Below, piece after piece: positions 28,981 through 39,011 of a DNA stretch of 64,000 nucleotides. The stretch is taken from the NCBI GenBank assembly GCA_014728035.1, contig WJMJ01000059.1, forward strand, positions 311,758 to 375,757, given 5' to 3'. Positions within the stretch are counted from its first letter, which is position 1; each line of letters opens with the position of its first letter. The notes beneath the pieces were generated by a model. That model did no database searches. It was not told the DNA's origin and saw only the letters and a list, made by a program, of their open reading frames with translations. Both the position numbers and the translations under genes were made by a program. This stretch comes from Promethearchaeota archaeon (GTDB lineage: Archaea; Asgardarchaeota; Thorarchaeia; Thorarchaeales; Thorarchaeaceae).

Positions 28981-30411
28981 TTACTCCTCCTCTTCTGGTT
29001 CGTCTGTGTATGCATATCCAAGACTTGCTAAGAGCTCCCTCTCTTTCTTGACATGGATTTCAGCCAGCCTTGCTTTTTTCTCTCTCCATTCAGGTCCTTC
29101 GAGTTTGTAGAACTTCCAGATAACTAAGAATGATATAGTCAACAGAACAACTGGAATCACCATCCATGCTATCAATACACCAATCTCTACAGTGGCTGGT
29201 TGAGTTTCTGCACCCGAAACATATCCAAATGAAGCAAGAATGAGTGGCACTACCCCCTCTGCTATACTAATACCTGGCTTGGTAACGAACGAGTTGACAC
29301 CTGCATACATACCTTCACGTCTTAGTCCTGTCACGCTCTCGTCATAGTCGATCACATCTCCGTTCATGAGTGGGATCATGATGAACGAACCTGCGAATCC
29401 CACTCCCACAAATATCATGCCAATCATTGTCAGGATTACATTCAATCCGAAAAGGAGTATAATCATGCATCCGATTGCAAATGGGCCGATGAGGAGCAAC
29501 ATGCTCTTTTTAGTACCTACTGTTTCATTCTTAGTAATGAAGAACCAGAAGCCAATCACTACTCCCGCAATTAATCCGATTATTTGCAGGAAGAACTCAT
29601 CCATTGAATCTAGTACAAGCTGGACATAGTAAATTAGACCCATTGGAAGAGCAGTCACAAGATAGATGCTTGTGAAGCTTATGAATTCAAAAGCAATGAA
29701 TGAGCGATTTTTGAATGTTAGTTTGAGTGCTTCAACAAAAGGTGTTTGTTCTTCATGTTGTGTATACTTGTTTTCAGTGTAGAAATAAGTGCTTACGAAT
29801 ACAATGAATCCAACAAACAATGCTAGAAGTAAGTGAAATGTGAAGTATGGCATTACTGGATCTGTAGGCCCTGGTTGAATGATTGGCAGAATAATAATCG
29901 GCACTGCTATTGCAATCACACTGAAAAGAGTCTTCCAAACAAAGACTCGCGTTCTTTCTCTGTTCGATACAGCCATCTCATATGGCATGATATACAACGC
30001 AGTAGCTACCGCAGTGTACATAGTATCGTAGATAAACAATGCAAGGATAAGTTGAATAAAAAGCCCTAATTGATTTCCTTCAAGACCTGGAATTGGAGCC
30101 CAACAGAGAATATATCCAACAACAAGAATTGGAACGCCATATCGAATGTATGGGATTCTACGTCCTAGTTCATGTTTTGTCTTATCTGCAATATAGCCTA
30201 TGAGTGGGTCATTCACGCTATTCCAAACAAGAAAAATCATCCATGCAAGGAAGTTCAGTTCTACTGATAGCCCTCGAACATCTGTGAAATAGATTGCAAG
30301 TCCAGCACCTATCAAACCTTGAAGGAGTGCAACACTTGCATCAGCCATTGAGACCGATACTGCGCTCTTAGTGGGGATTTTCTCCTCGACCAGTGTTTCT
30401 GTGGCTGCCAT
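28981..30411 (-). CDS. MFS glycoside-pentoside-hexuronide (MelB-like) transporter
   Basis: WNSVNDPLIGYIADKT, GRRIPY, DVIDYDE..TGLRREGMY. Confidence 0.9.
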   Translation of the reverse strand: MAATETLVEEKIPTKSAVSVSMADASVALLQGLIGAGLAIYFTDVRGLSVELNFLAWMIFLVWNSVNDPLIGYIADKTKHELGRRIPYIRYGVPILVVGYILCWAPIPGLEGNQLGLFIQLILALFIYDTMYTAVATALYIMPYEMAVSNRERTRVFVWKTLFSVIAIAVPIIILPIIQPGPTDPVMPYFTFHLLLALFVGFIVFVSTYFYTENKYTQHEEQTPFVEALKLTFKNRSFIAFEFISFTSIYLVTALPMGLIYYVQLVLDSMDEFFLQIIGLIAGVVIGFWFFITKNETVGTKKSMLLLIGPFAIGCMIILLFGLNVILTMIGMIFVGVGFAGSFIMIPLMNGDVIDYDESVTGLRREGMYAGVNSFVTKPGISIAEGVVPLILASFGYVSGAETQPATVEIGVLIAWMVIPVVLLTISFLVIWKFYKLEGPEWREKKARLAEIHVKKERELLASLGYAYTDEPEEEE

Positions 30412-30548
30412 GTTAATCGACACCTGAGTTTGACTAGTGGTACTTGTGTCTTTCCTTTCTAATTTGAAAGTTATCTTCTATCTTTTATTGGAATCATCTA
30501 ATCTAGCTCGGTTTCGTTTTCTCAGGTTCTGAATCCATTCAAATGAAG

Positions 30549-31805
30549 CTAGTCAGATTCCAGCAATTCATCCAGTGGAGGAGTTGTGATTCTCTTTTCA
30601 AGATAGTCCATCCATTTATTTCCTGTAACTTCTTCCAAGGCGTTTACAAAGTCTTCTGTTGTGGTTCTTGTCTTCTCCAAGCAGGTCTGTGCATATCTCT
30701 TTAATACCTGAATGAAGCCATTGCGTCCAATCTTCTCCCGTATCTCGTGTAGTATTAGTGCTCCATAGAGATAGTAGAGAACTTGTGCATGGGGGTGAGT
30801 CCTCAATATCGATTTGATGGATGGCAAATCTTTCTGTTCTCTTAGATGCTTTCTTGCTCTATGTAGTGTTGATGAAAACCAGTCTTTTCCCAATATTTCC
30901 TCTGAAGCTAGGTACGATGTATATTCCGCACAAGCTTCATCAATCCAGTTATGATAGTCTTCCACAGTAGCTTTGCAGAACCATGAGTGCGCTAATTCGT
31001 GAGCCCAAAATCTCAACAGGTTTTCTTTCTTATCCCGAATGTATTCTTCTGACACATCATCCTGCATTACAATCAATCCACTTCTTGCATATCCTCCTCC
31101 AAAGTCTCTAGGAACCAGAATAATCTTCAGACTCTCAGCACTGGGTTTACCAAACCAGGATCTCATAAGTTTCTGAATTTCATAGAACTTTTCTTCAAGT
31201 GGTTTGAGTAGGTCTAGATTGCGTGGCTCTCCCCAAAATAATGTGCTATCCTCCTCTCTGATTGCATTCGATTTTGGTCTTCCGTGCAGGGTGAGATCCG
31301 TGCGAGGCCCTTCTGTTTTCCAGCGTGGTGGGGAATCAGAAACTTTTGGTGCATTCATGATCCATATCCAATCTTCTGGGGCATGGAGAGTAATTGAGAA
31401 TGAAGGCCTATCTGCGAAAGAAACCATGGGATACCAGAGAGCATAGATTGCTAATTCGATACATTCCGAACGGATTCTACTTGTTGAAAAAGCGTAACGG
31501 TAAATTTTCCCCTCATAATCAAGCTCAAATTCACATTCTTGTTTATTTTCAAACTTGTCTGGAAGTTTTATTTCATAGGTGGTAGCTGGTAGGAAAATGT
31601 CTTCCTGCGTTCTTGTTTCAGTTGTTTTTATAATTACTCTCTCATCATCTGCCAGCAAGTATAGATTGTTAATCTCCAGACATGGATTTAGAAGAAATTT
31701 TACATCCCCTGAAATATTGGCAAATCGAACTTTGCCACTGACATGAATATGTGAAGTATCGGGTTGAATGGTTACATCAATATCTATCTTGTCAACTTCC
31801 ATCAA
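30549..31805 (-). CDS. M1-family aminopeptidase (gluzincin)
   Basis: HELAHSWF...WIDEACAEY, YLYGALILHEIR. Confidence 0.85.
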   Translation of the reverse strand: MMEVDKIDIDVTIQPDTSHIHVSGKVRFANISGDVKFLLNPCLEINNLYLLADDERVIIKTTETRTQEDIFLPATTYEIKLPDKFENKQECEFELDYEGKIYRYAFSTSRIRSECIELAIYALWYPMVSFADRPSFSITLHAPEDWIWIMNAPKVSDSPPRWKTEGPRTDLTLHGRPKSNAIREEDSTLFWGEPRNLDLLKPLEEKFYEIQKLMRSWFGKPSAESLKIILVPRDFGGGYARSGLIVMQDDVSEEYIRDKKENLLRFWAHELAHSWFCKATVEDYHNWIDEACAEYTSYLASEEILGKDWFSSTLHRARKHLREQKDLPSIKSILRTHPHAQVLYYLYGALILHEIREKIGRNGFIQVLKRYAQTCLEKTRTTTEDFVNALEEVTGNKWMDYLEKRITTPPLDELLESD

Positions 31806-31960
31806 TTTTCACCTTCTATCGTGTTTGTTAGATGAATTAAATAAAGTTGTTTTATCTGTGAAATTTTCTCAAATGATTTTTATAATCTTAGAACAAACTT
31901 GTTTAAGGACTTCAACTGAAAATCAGCTTTAATGCTACGATTATATCTGATGTGATTTGA

Positions 31961-32332
31961 ATGAACAAAGAAAATCTCGAGGTTGCACTTCGCTTTAACA
32001 AATATATCAATGAAAGAAATCTTTTAGAATTGGGTAATTTGATGACAGAAGACCACTCGTTCATTTCATCAAGCAACACTGTTGAGTCCGGAAAAGAACA
32101 TATGATAGAAGCTTGGCGAGAATTTTTCGAATCCTATCCAGATTACAGGAATATCTTTGAGTACACTGAAGTACACGAAGAATTGGTAATACTGGTAGGT
32201 TATTCGACCTGTTCTGAAGAATCTCTTGACGGGCCTGCTATATGGACTGCAAAAATAAATGATGGGCTGGTTTCAGAGTGGAGAGTCTACGATGATACCA
32301 TCGAAGTACGAACTAAACTTGGTATCAAATAG
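31961..32332 (+). CDS. SnoaL/NTF2-like protein
   Basis: LMTEDHSF, WREFFESYPDY, SEWRVYDDT. Confidence 0.85.
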   Translation: MNKENLEVALRFNKYINERNLLELGNLMTEDHSFISSSNTVESGKEHMIEAWREFFESYPDYRNIFEYTEVHEELVILVGYSTCSEESLDGPAIWTAKINDGLVSEWRVYDDTIEVRTKLGIK

Positions 32333-32357
32333 ACTCGCTTCACAAACTAAATTTGAT

Positions 32358-32498
32358 TTATTCTTCAATTATTTCTCTGGTCTTTGTTATTAGATTAGGA
32401 TTCAGTCCCATTAGTGTGGCAAGAATTTTTCTGGTTAACGGATCCGCCAGCAGTTCTAATATTCTATCTGTCTGGTTTCCCTTTCCCTCATTTTTCAT
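32358..32498 (-). pseudogene. 46-aa ArsR-HTH fragment
   Basis: MKNEGKGNQTDRILELLADPLTRKILATLMGLNPNL..., overlapping the upstream stop, with GAGGT RBS. Confidence 0.5.
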
Positions 32499-33285
32499 AC
32501 ATATCAACCTCCAGCACTTCTGCATGTGTATATGCTCTCCTGAAGTAGAATACTGCTACAGCGAGAAATACAACTCCTATAACTGACATTACCAATGCTT
32601 CTATTGAAGGAATTACAAGTGGCCCCGAGTATGATAGAGCAATAATGAGAATGGCTAGAACAAAACCTGTTACTGAGGCGATTGTTACCGCAAGGAAGTT
32701 ATTCCTATTTGGCGAGCGTATCAAAAACCAGTCTGGTTGAAGAAAGATTATTGCTGAAATACCAACTTTTAGTCTTCTAATCATTCTTCCCACCTTAATC
32801 ATGGATCTTCCCAAAACTAGAATGCTAATTGTGGCGACGATTGCTCCGATTTGCCATCCAAAAACATTCTCACTGATTGAAATTCCAATGATGATGAGAC
32901 TGAAAATCACTCCCATAAATCCAAAAACGAGACCCATTTGATTCATATAAAGGCTGACTTCTTGTTTTGGACTCATGGATAATACTGCGGATAAGACACC
33001 GTATTTGTCAATCTTTCTTTCTTCTTCTACCTGGTCTAGCAAAATCATTGCTTTTTTCCCAAGTTCAGATATTCTGTATTCTTCTCCTGTCTTCTTAATC
33101 AATCCTACTTCAGTCAGCTCTTTAAGATGATAATTGAACTTCCCACTCATTAGATATGGATCAAGCCCCAATACCTTCATTATCTCTGAATATGTTGCTG
33201 AGCCCTTTCGTGCAATCTGTCGCATGATTGATCTGCGTGTCGAATTAGACAGTGCTTTCAACACATCTTCGGAATCCGCATTCAT
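32488..33285 (-). CDS. ArsR-family winged-helix regulator with four C-terminal TM helices
   Basis: LKALSNSTRRSIM, FNYHLKEL..GLI, Y.ISELG, then TMs. Confidence 0.85.
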   Translation of the reverse strand: MNADSEDVLKALSNSTRRSIMRQIARKGSATYSEIMKVLGLDPYLMSGKFNYHLKELTEVGLIKKTGEEYRISELGKKAMILLDQVEEERKIDKYGVLSAVLSMSPKQEVSLYMNQMGLVFGFMGVIFSLIIIGISISENVFGWQIGAIVATISILVLGRSMIKVGRMIRRLKVGISAIIFLQPDWFLIRSPNRNNFLAVTIASVTGFVLAILIIALSYSGPLVIPSIEALVMSVIGVVFLAVAVFYFRRAYTHAEVLEVDMYEK

Positions 33286-33327
33286 ACTTTTTCACAATAT
33301 ATCCTTCTCAACTGTGTATTTAACCCG

Positions 33328-33382
33328 TTGTCACTAATTTTATTGACAATATCGTTTTTCGATTGTCAAAACTGTTTGACAA
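33328..33382. promoter_or_regulatory. Tandem TTGTCA/TGACAA inverted-repeat operators
   Basis: TTGTCA-N10-TGACAA at 33328-33349 and TTGTCA-N8-TGACAA at 33363-33382. Confidence 0.6.
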
Positions 33383-33595
33383 ATCTGATTTTCTTCTACC
33401 AATACAATTCTCGTGTTTTTGTAATGTCATAGAATTTGAAATCCCACATCTCATTTCTATGTGATATATTGCGCAGATAGAAGCAACCATTCCTTTATTT
33501 ACATCCTACTATCTTGTCCATAGTAACAAATTGAGTCCATTAGTTGTGGCTATCGATTATATATTCATTGGACACAAAAGATATGGTGACTATCA

Positions 33596-35047
33596 ATGAG
33601 CCTGACAGCTAGATTCTTTGGATTTGAAAATCCAACCGAGCAGGGTCTAAAACTTGCAAAGACAATGGCATCTCTTGTCCCTGTGTTCTCTATGACTTTC
33701 CAAATCAGTACAACATTCTATATGTTATTTATTGCTGAAGCATTAGGTGATGGTGATGCAGTTAAAGGAATGGCAATTGTAGGTGGTCTTGTTGCACTCC
33801 AATTCATTGTCCAAGTAATTCTTGACTATCCCACTGGCGCAGTCGGTGATTGGGTCGGACAAAGATATGTCATTATGTCAGCTCTGTTATGTTATGCCGT
33901 GGTGTTTTTCCTCACCTCACAACTCACTCCAGACCCTCCGCTAATACTTCCCATTCTTATCTATGCTCTCTTCGGACTCGGAATCTCTCAGGAAAGTGGA
34001 GCTTGGGGAGCTTGGTTCGATAACAACTATCGTGTTGCTATGCCTCATGATACCAAACGTGAAGAATACGGTGTATTCTCCGGAAAGCTTGGCATGATTT
34101 CGCAGATATCGGCAACAGCAGTTCTCGTTCCTGGAAGTTGGATTGCTCTCTATCTTGGTCGAGCTTGGGTATTTCAATTGCAAGCTTTACTGTTCATTGT
34201 TTTAGCTATACTTGTTCATAGATATGTACGTGACCTTCCTGAAGTAGAGGAACAACGCTCCGAACGTCCAGAAATGGGTGATTATGTCGGACTACTAAAG
34301 GATGGTGTCCGGTTTATCTGGTCAAGTAAGTTTTTCCTGTTACTATTCATTGGTGAGATGATCTTTTTCAGTGTTGGGCCTGTCTGGGGTAATCTAATAC
34401 TCTGGCCATTCTACAATGTGTACCTTCAGAGTGATGTTGCAATCTCAACATTTCGTACTCTTATGTTTCTCCCACTCGCTATGACAAATGAACGAAGTGG
34501 AATTATTGCAAAGAAATATGAACCAAATACATGGATTCCTCGTTTTCGCTTATTTGCTTTCAATGGTGCAGCATTCTATTTCTTGCTGTCGATGATGTTC
34601 TTTATTGTTCCGCCACCTCCAATGGGCACTACAGCAACCGTTCAGTTGGTTATACCTTTCATCAATCTCCCTCTATTCGTGCTTCCTATAGCATCAGTAA
34701 TACCTATCCTAATGATATTCATAATTTTCTTAATCACCTCCTTGTTTGGATCTGTTGGTGGTATTCTTACAAATCGAGTACTGCTTGATGTAGTACCAAA
34801 TAAAATAAGAAATGGCATGTACTCACTTCGTGCAACATCATTTACTGCAGCATCTATACCACTGCTAGTCTTCTTTGGATGGCTGGTACCATCTTTTGGT
34901 TTCTCACTAGCTTTCCTTCTAATGGGCATCATCTCAACAGTTGGAGTTGTCTTGATTGCTATGAGTTTTAAACAGGATATTCCAAAAGCAGGAGATATTG
35001 AGATTGAAGCAGTAGAATCAGAAGAAGTACTTGAAGAGATAACTTAG
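33596..35047 (+). CDS. MFS transporter
   Basis: DYPTGAVGDWVGQR motif A, SQESGA..AWFDNNY, 12+ TM. Confidence 0.85.
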   Translation: MSLTARFFGFENPTEQGLKLAKTMASLVPVFSMTFQISTTFYMLFIAEALGDGDAVKGMAIVGGLVALQFIVQVILDYPTGAVGDWVGQRYVIMSALLCYAVVFFLTSQLTPDPPLILPILIYALFGLGISQESGAWGAWFDNNYRVAMPHDTKREEYGVFSGKLGMISQISATAVLVPGSWIALYLGRAWVFQLQALLFIVLAILVHRYVRDLPEVEEQRSERPEMGDYVGLLKDGVRFIWSSKFFLLLFIGEMIFFSVGPVWGNLILWPFYNVYLQSDVAISTFRTLMFLPLAMTNERSGIIAKKYEPNTWIPRFRLFAFNGAAFYFLLSMMFFIVPPPPMGTTATVQLVIPFINLPLFVLPIASVIPILMIFIIFLITSLFGSVGGILTNRVLLDVVPNKIRNGMYSLRATSFTAASIPLLVFFGWLVPSFGFSLAFLLMGIISTVGVVLIAMSFKQDIPKAGDIEIEAVESEEVLEEIT

Positions 35048-35280
35048 GAAAAATGCGATGTATTCGAGGGGGATATTCTCCCTCTTGTTCCTGCTAATAC
35101 AACCGTGATTTCTGGAAGATACTCCTCTGCCTCCTACGTGGTCTTTGCCCCCAAACACTCGAAACTGTTAATCGTTAGTTAGGTAATCGTCGAAACCGAT
35201 TTTCAATTACTCTGATGATTTAAATAGTACAACTATCTGGTATGTACTTCTAGTAGTTCCTCCAGAATTGGTGAGCAATA

Positions 35281-36150
35281 ATGTGTGAATGGTGCCTAAA
35301 GCATGGTGATGGTGGAAAATGGTATGAGAATGCCAGATTGTATTCTGATGAATTAGCCAACGAATATAACCTACGTGAATATCTTGAAGAGCAATGGAAG
35401 AACATGGAAACTCTCTTCATTCGTAAAATTATGGGCTTTAGTTCAGTTGGTCTCGGCTATAAAATGCAGATGCCAATTATTGGAAAGATTATACGCAGAG
35501 CTGCTGAATCACAGATCCACAGTGAAGACCATGGACGCAATCCAGCCAGAGCTGATGGCCATTTCGGGCAGGTCATACCATTAGAAGATGCCCAACATAT
35601 CATTGGAAACCTCGCAGCAGAACCAATCATCAAGAACTATTGCGTATGTCGATGGATGCAACGCGGAGTAAAAGATGCTGTCTGTATAAACTTTGGACAA
35701 TTGTCTGGTGTGATTGAGAAACTTCCACGGTACATTCCTGAAGATGTAAAATATCGATTAGACCGTGAAGAGGCCATTGCAGCTCTTGAAGAACAGAATA
35801 AGCGAGGTTATGTTGCATCTGTCTGGTTCCAACCAGTCCCTTACATCAATGCTGTTTGTTCCTGTGAAAGTCCAGAATGTGGTGGTCTCAGACTTCGAAA
35901 CGATTTTGGTCTTAAGACTGTTTACAAGGCTGAATATATCATCAATGTCAATCAAGATAACTGCCAAGGTTGTCAACAATGTGTAAAAATGTGCCAGTTC
36001 AATGCATTACGTTATCTTCCATCCGTGAAACGAGTGATTGTGGATTTGGACAAATGTTTTGGATGTGGTGTGTGTCGCCATGCCTGTAAACATGATGCTC
36101 TAGAGCTAGTTCCTAGGAGTGAAGTCCCCGGCCAGGCTGGAAGATTCTAG
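35281..36150 (+). CDS. 4Fe-4S dicluster protein
   Basis: MCEWC..HG...KWY, CVCR, CSC...C, CQGCQQCVKMC, CFGCGVCRHAC. Confidence 0.88.
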   Translation: MCEWCLKHGDGGKWYENARLYSDELANEYNLREYLEEQWKNMETLFIRKIMGFSSVGLGYKMQMPIIGKIIRRAAESQIHSEDHGRNPARADGHFGQVIPLEDAQHIIGNLAAEPIIKNYCVCRWMQRGVKDAVCINFGQLSGVIEKLPRYIPEDVKYRLDREEAIAALEEQNKRGYVASVWFQPVPYINAVCSCESPECGGLRLRNDFGLKTVYKAEYIINVNQDNCQGCQQCVKMCQFNALRYLPSVKRVIVDLDKCFGCGVCRHACKHDALELVPRSEVPGQAGRF

Positions 36151-36158
36151 GAGGTCAC

Positions 36159-36443
36159 ATGATGAAAAAGACAAAAATCAAAATCGACTACTCAAAATGT
36201 GGTCCTGAAGGAGCTACTGATCCTCGGGAATGCAGAAAATGTATGCATGTGTGTGACCCTGCAGTGTTTCTAATGCATCCCACTCTGGATAAACATCCAG
36301 ACCCATGGAATCCTGAATTGTGGAAGGTCACAGCGGTATGGCCCTCTATGTGTATGGGATGCAACAAATGTGTGGAAGTCTGCCCTGAGCAAGCTATAAG
36401 CTTAGACTTTGGTGAATCTCTTCAGATGATTCGTGCTCCTTAA
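36159..36443 (+). CDS. Ferredoxin (2x4Fe-4S)
   Basis: C...CRKCMHVC and CMGCNKCVEVCP; GGAGGT RBS. Confidence 0.88.
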   Translation: MMKKTKIKIDYSKCGPEGATDPRECRKCMHVCDPAVFLMHPTLDKHPDPWNPELWKVTAVWPSMCMGCNKCVEVCPEQAISLDFGESLQMIRAP

Positions 36444-36479
36444 TGGTCAACATCATTAGACCATACTTTATAATTAAGG

Positions 36480-37073
36480 ATGCAAAAACATCAAATCATG
36501 TATAGTGGTGAACTTGTTACTCTTCGTGCATTCGAATTAGATGATCTTGACGAGATAATGCAGCATTGGAATAATTACGAGTTGCGAAAATTCGTGGATA
36601 ATGTGCTTCCTGTTTCAAGTGTAAGTGAGAAAGAATGGCTTGAACGTGTAGCCAAACTAAATCCTTGGAGAGACCACGAACTACTCTTCGCTATCACAGA
36701 AACAAAGACTGGAAAATTAATTGGTGGGGCTGGCTTACATGATATTAGTTTCGACAGCCGCCATACAGAATTTGGCATATCAATCTATAATCCCGATTAT
36801 TGGTCAAAAGGTTACGGAACTGACGCTACGACCTTAACTCTCTGGATTGCTTTTCATATATTAGGTCTGAACTCGGTTACACTTCGAGTTTTTGAATACA
36901 ACACACGTGCGATAAAGGCATATGAGAAATGTGGCTTTAAAAGAGTGGGTATATTGCGAAAAAGGAAGTTTATTGATGGTGATTTTCATGATGAGATTAT
37001 CATGGATTTCTTGGCTGATGAATTCTTCGAAAGGTTTCCTCCTGGAACAAAACCTTGGGGTTGCAAGCGTTGA
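36480..37073 (+). CDS. GNAT acetyltransferase, RimJ/RimL-like
   Basis: YWSKGYGTDA, NTRAIKAYEKCGF. Confidence 0.9.
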   Translation: MQKHQIMYSGELVTLRAFELDDLDEIMQHWNNYELRKFVDNVLPVSSVSEKEWLERVAKLNPWRDHELLFAITETKTGKLIGGAGLHDISFDSRHTEFGISIYNPDYWSKGYGTDATTLTLWIAFHILGLNSVTLRVFEYNTRAIKAYEKCGFKRVGILRKRKFIDGDFHDEIIMDFLADEFFERFPPGTKPWGCKR

Positions 37074-37087
37074 AGGACTTGATTCAA

Positions 37088-37321
37088 TTACCGTGAGAAT
37101 CGTAGTAGTCTTGCTTTACCTGAATATTTCTCCAGTGGAACATTTGTGATATCTTGTCCACTATTGCCAACTATCTTAAAACCCTCAATTTCTTGAAGTG
37201 TATTCGGCAATGAACTAATAACCGCTTGCCGAAACGTCATATCTGGTGTTCCTTTTATTACATATTCTTGGCTCATATATGTATCAATTAAGATTCGATG
37301 AATAATAGATCTATTTTGCAT
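37088..37321 (-). CDS. Small hypothetical protein, possible beta-grasp fold
   Basis: 77-aa ORF with upstream TATAAAA; fills the intergenic space. Confidence 0.5.
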   Translation of the reverse strand: MQNRSIIHRILIDTYMSQEYVIKGTPDMTFRQAVISSLPNTLQEIEGFKIVGNSGQDITNVPLEKYSGKARLLRFSR

Positions 37322-37400
37322 TGTTTATTGCCTGGCAGTAGGTGGCCTACACTTAACTATGGATAAGATTCCTTTTATACTTGGTCATATCTTTGTGGAT

Positions 37401-37427
37401 AAGAAAAGGCATCGATTAATCGATGCC
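37401..37427 (-). terminator. mscL terminator
   Basis: Perfect 20-bp palindrome ggcatcgattaatcgatgcc, then ttttctt on the minus strand. Confidence 0.65.
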
Positions 37428-37437
37428 ATAGAACTGT

Positions 37438-37821
37438 TTATTTCAGCCCGAATTTTGTAGCAATCTTTACGATTAGGAAGATAACAATTGCAATCACAAT
37501 GAATGTAATCAGATCCGCCATAAACAAACCAATTCGAAATTGACCAACAGTCAGAGCTTCCCATTGAATGGCTTCTCCTCCTCCCAGAGCAATTAGAGCA
37601 ATCTCGACCAGTGGCATTATTAAATTATCCACTAGTGATTTTACAAGAGCTCCAAGGTATAGTCCCATTATGAAAGCGACGGCTAGTCCAAGTACTTGGT
37701 ATTTTTTCAGAAAAGTAAGAAATTCATCTTTGATCCCCTCTGGTGGTGGCGGTGGTGGGGGTGGCATAAGTAATTTCTTAATCTCACGCAATTCTTCAAG
37801 CATAGCATCTTCTGTTGACAT
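37438..37821 (-). CDS. mscL: Large-conductance mechanosensitive channel
   Basis: EFLTFL...VLGLAVAFIMG...LVKSLVDNLIMP, GLFMADLITFIVIA. Confidence 0.88.
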   Translation of the reverse strand: MSTEDAMLEELREIKKLLMPPPPPPPPEGIKDEFLTFLKKYQVLGLAVAFIMGLYLGALVKSLVDNLIMPLVEIALIALGGGEAIQWEALTVGQFRIGLFMADLITFIVIAIVIFLIVKIATKFGLK

Positions 37822-38005
37822 TGGAATACACTCCTATCTAGAATAATATATGAAGCGAAGCTTCAATATAGCATTTATTAGCTATTTAAAACAAAATTAA
37901 TCCCTACTCGTTCGATACTTTATCAACTATTTAGATATTAACTCTATTTCTCAATGTTATATTGAAGTTCTTTTTCAGTCGATGTCTTTTCTTCAGGAAA
38001 ATAAT

Positions 38006-38464
38006 TTACATTCGAATCTGTTTAGCTTTGTGAGAATGGTTGCAACGAGGACATTTGAAGGTTAGTGGACCAATCCAAACCACTTCGCTGATATCCAGTT
38101 TTACACCACAGTTATCGCAGTAAGCTGGTATATCATACCCTGTGTAACTTCCACCTGATCCTGATGCCATGATATCTTCATTTTCAATTGAAGGTTCCAT
38201 GATTTTTGTAATATGATGTGATGTTCCTTCCTTCATTGGCTGTTTGAATACTTTGGCAATCATGAATACAACGAATATCACTCCAAAACCTGCCATTAAA
38301 TATGGCAGAAATACAAAAGTTGATGGAAAGATATCTGACCCCTCAATTGACCATCTTGATGTAAATTCGGCAAATTGATTCCCCATCCAGATAGCAGTTC
38401 CAATCCATATGAGTAAGAAAGCTAACGGACATATAATAGCAGGATTTAGCTTTTTCCGAGTCAT
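38006..38464 (-). CDS. 2-TM membrane protein with C-terminal zinc ribbon
   Basis: CDNCG...WIGP..FKCPRCN. Confidence 0.75.
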   Translation of the reverse strand: MTRKKLNPAIICPLAFLLIWIGTAIWMGNQFAEFTSRWSIEGSDIFPSTFVFLPYLMAGFGVIFVVFMIAKVFKQPMKEGTSHHITKIMEPSIENEDIMASGSGGSYTGYDIPAYCDNCGVKLDISEVVWIGPLTFKCPRCNHSHKAKQIRM

Positions 38465-38518
38465 TGTAATCGATTTATATGGTCTTTTAATGATTGATAT
38501 ATTCTTCTGTCTATAAGA

Positions 38519-38905
38519 CTAGTCTTTTTTAACGAAATCTAAAGCTGCTGAATTTATGCAGTAGCGCAAACCTGTTGGTCTTGGTCCATCCTTGAATACA
38601 TGTCCGAGGTGACCTCCACATTTAGCGCATTTCACCTCAGTTCGAACCATTCCATGGCTTCTGTCTTCAACCATCTCAATGTTTTCTTTTGATATCTTGT
38701 CCCAAAAACTAGGCCATCCACTTCTAGACTCGAATTTTGTATCAGATGCAAACAATTCAGTTCCACATCCAGCACAAACATAGGTTCCATCCTCTTTATG
38801 GTGAACATATTTCCCACTAAAAGGGGGTTCTGTCCCACATTGTCTAAGTATCCTGTATTGCTCTGGTGAGAGTTTAATCTTCCATTCCTGATCTGATTCA
38901 TCCAT
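38519..38905 (-). CDS. msrB: Peptide methionine (R)-sulfoxide reductase
   Basis: [33 protein letters not shown]. Confidence 0.95.
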   Translation of the reverse strand: MDESDQEWKIKLSPEQYRILRQCGTEPPFSGKYVHHKEDGTYVCAGCGTELFASDTKFESRSGWPSFWDKISKENIEMVEDRSHGMVRTEVKCAKCGGHLGHVFKDGPRPTGLRYCINSAALDFVKKD

Positions 38906-39011
38906 CTCAATTAACCTATTTAACAATAGTTAAATACACAAATAAACCCTTTGTATGTTGTAAATAACTAAAGAGCTTGCTTGTATATGCTGAAATTCTG
39001 GTGTGATGCTG

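Noticed and set aside
35048-35280. Intergenic region with a short hairpin as a possible ncRNA
   Set aside because: Only a terminator-like gagggg/ccctc stem and a promoter-like TTTAAATA; no further supportable structure
37741-37764. GGT-repeat tract as a phase-variable repeat
   Set aside because: Mixed Pro codons (CCA/CCC/CCG) indicate protein-level selection, not slippage
38519-38905. Selenocysteine recoding in MsrB or other TGA-ending genes
   Set aside because: The MsrB catalytic residue is Cys (RYCINS), and the TGA-terminated ORFs I checked end where their families normally end
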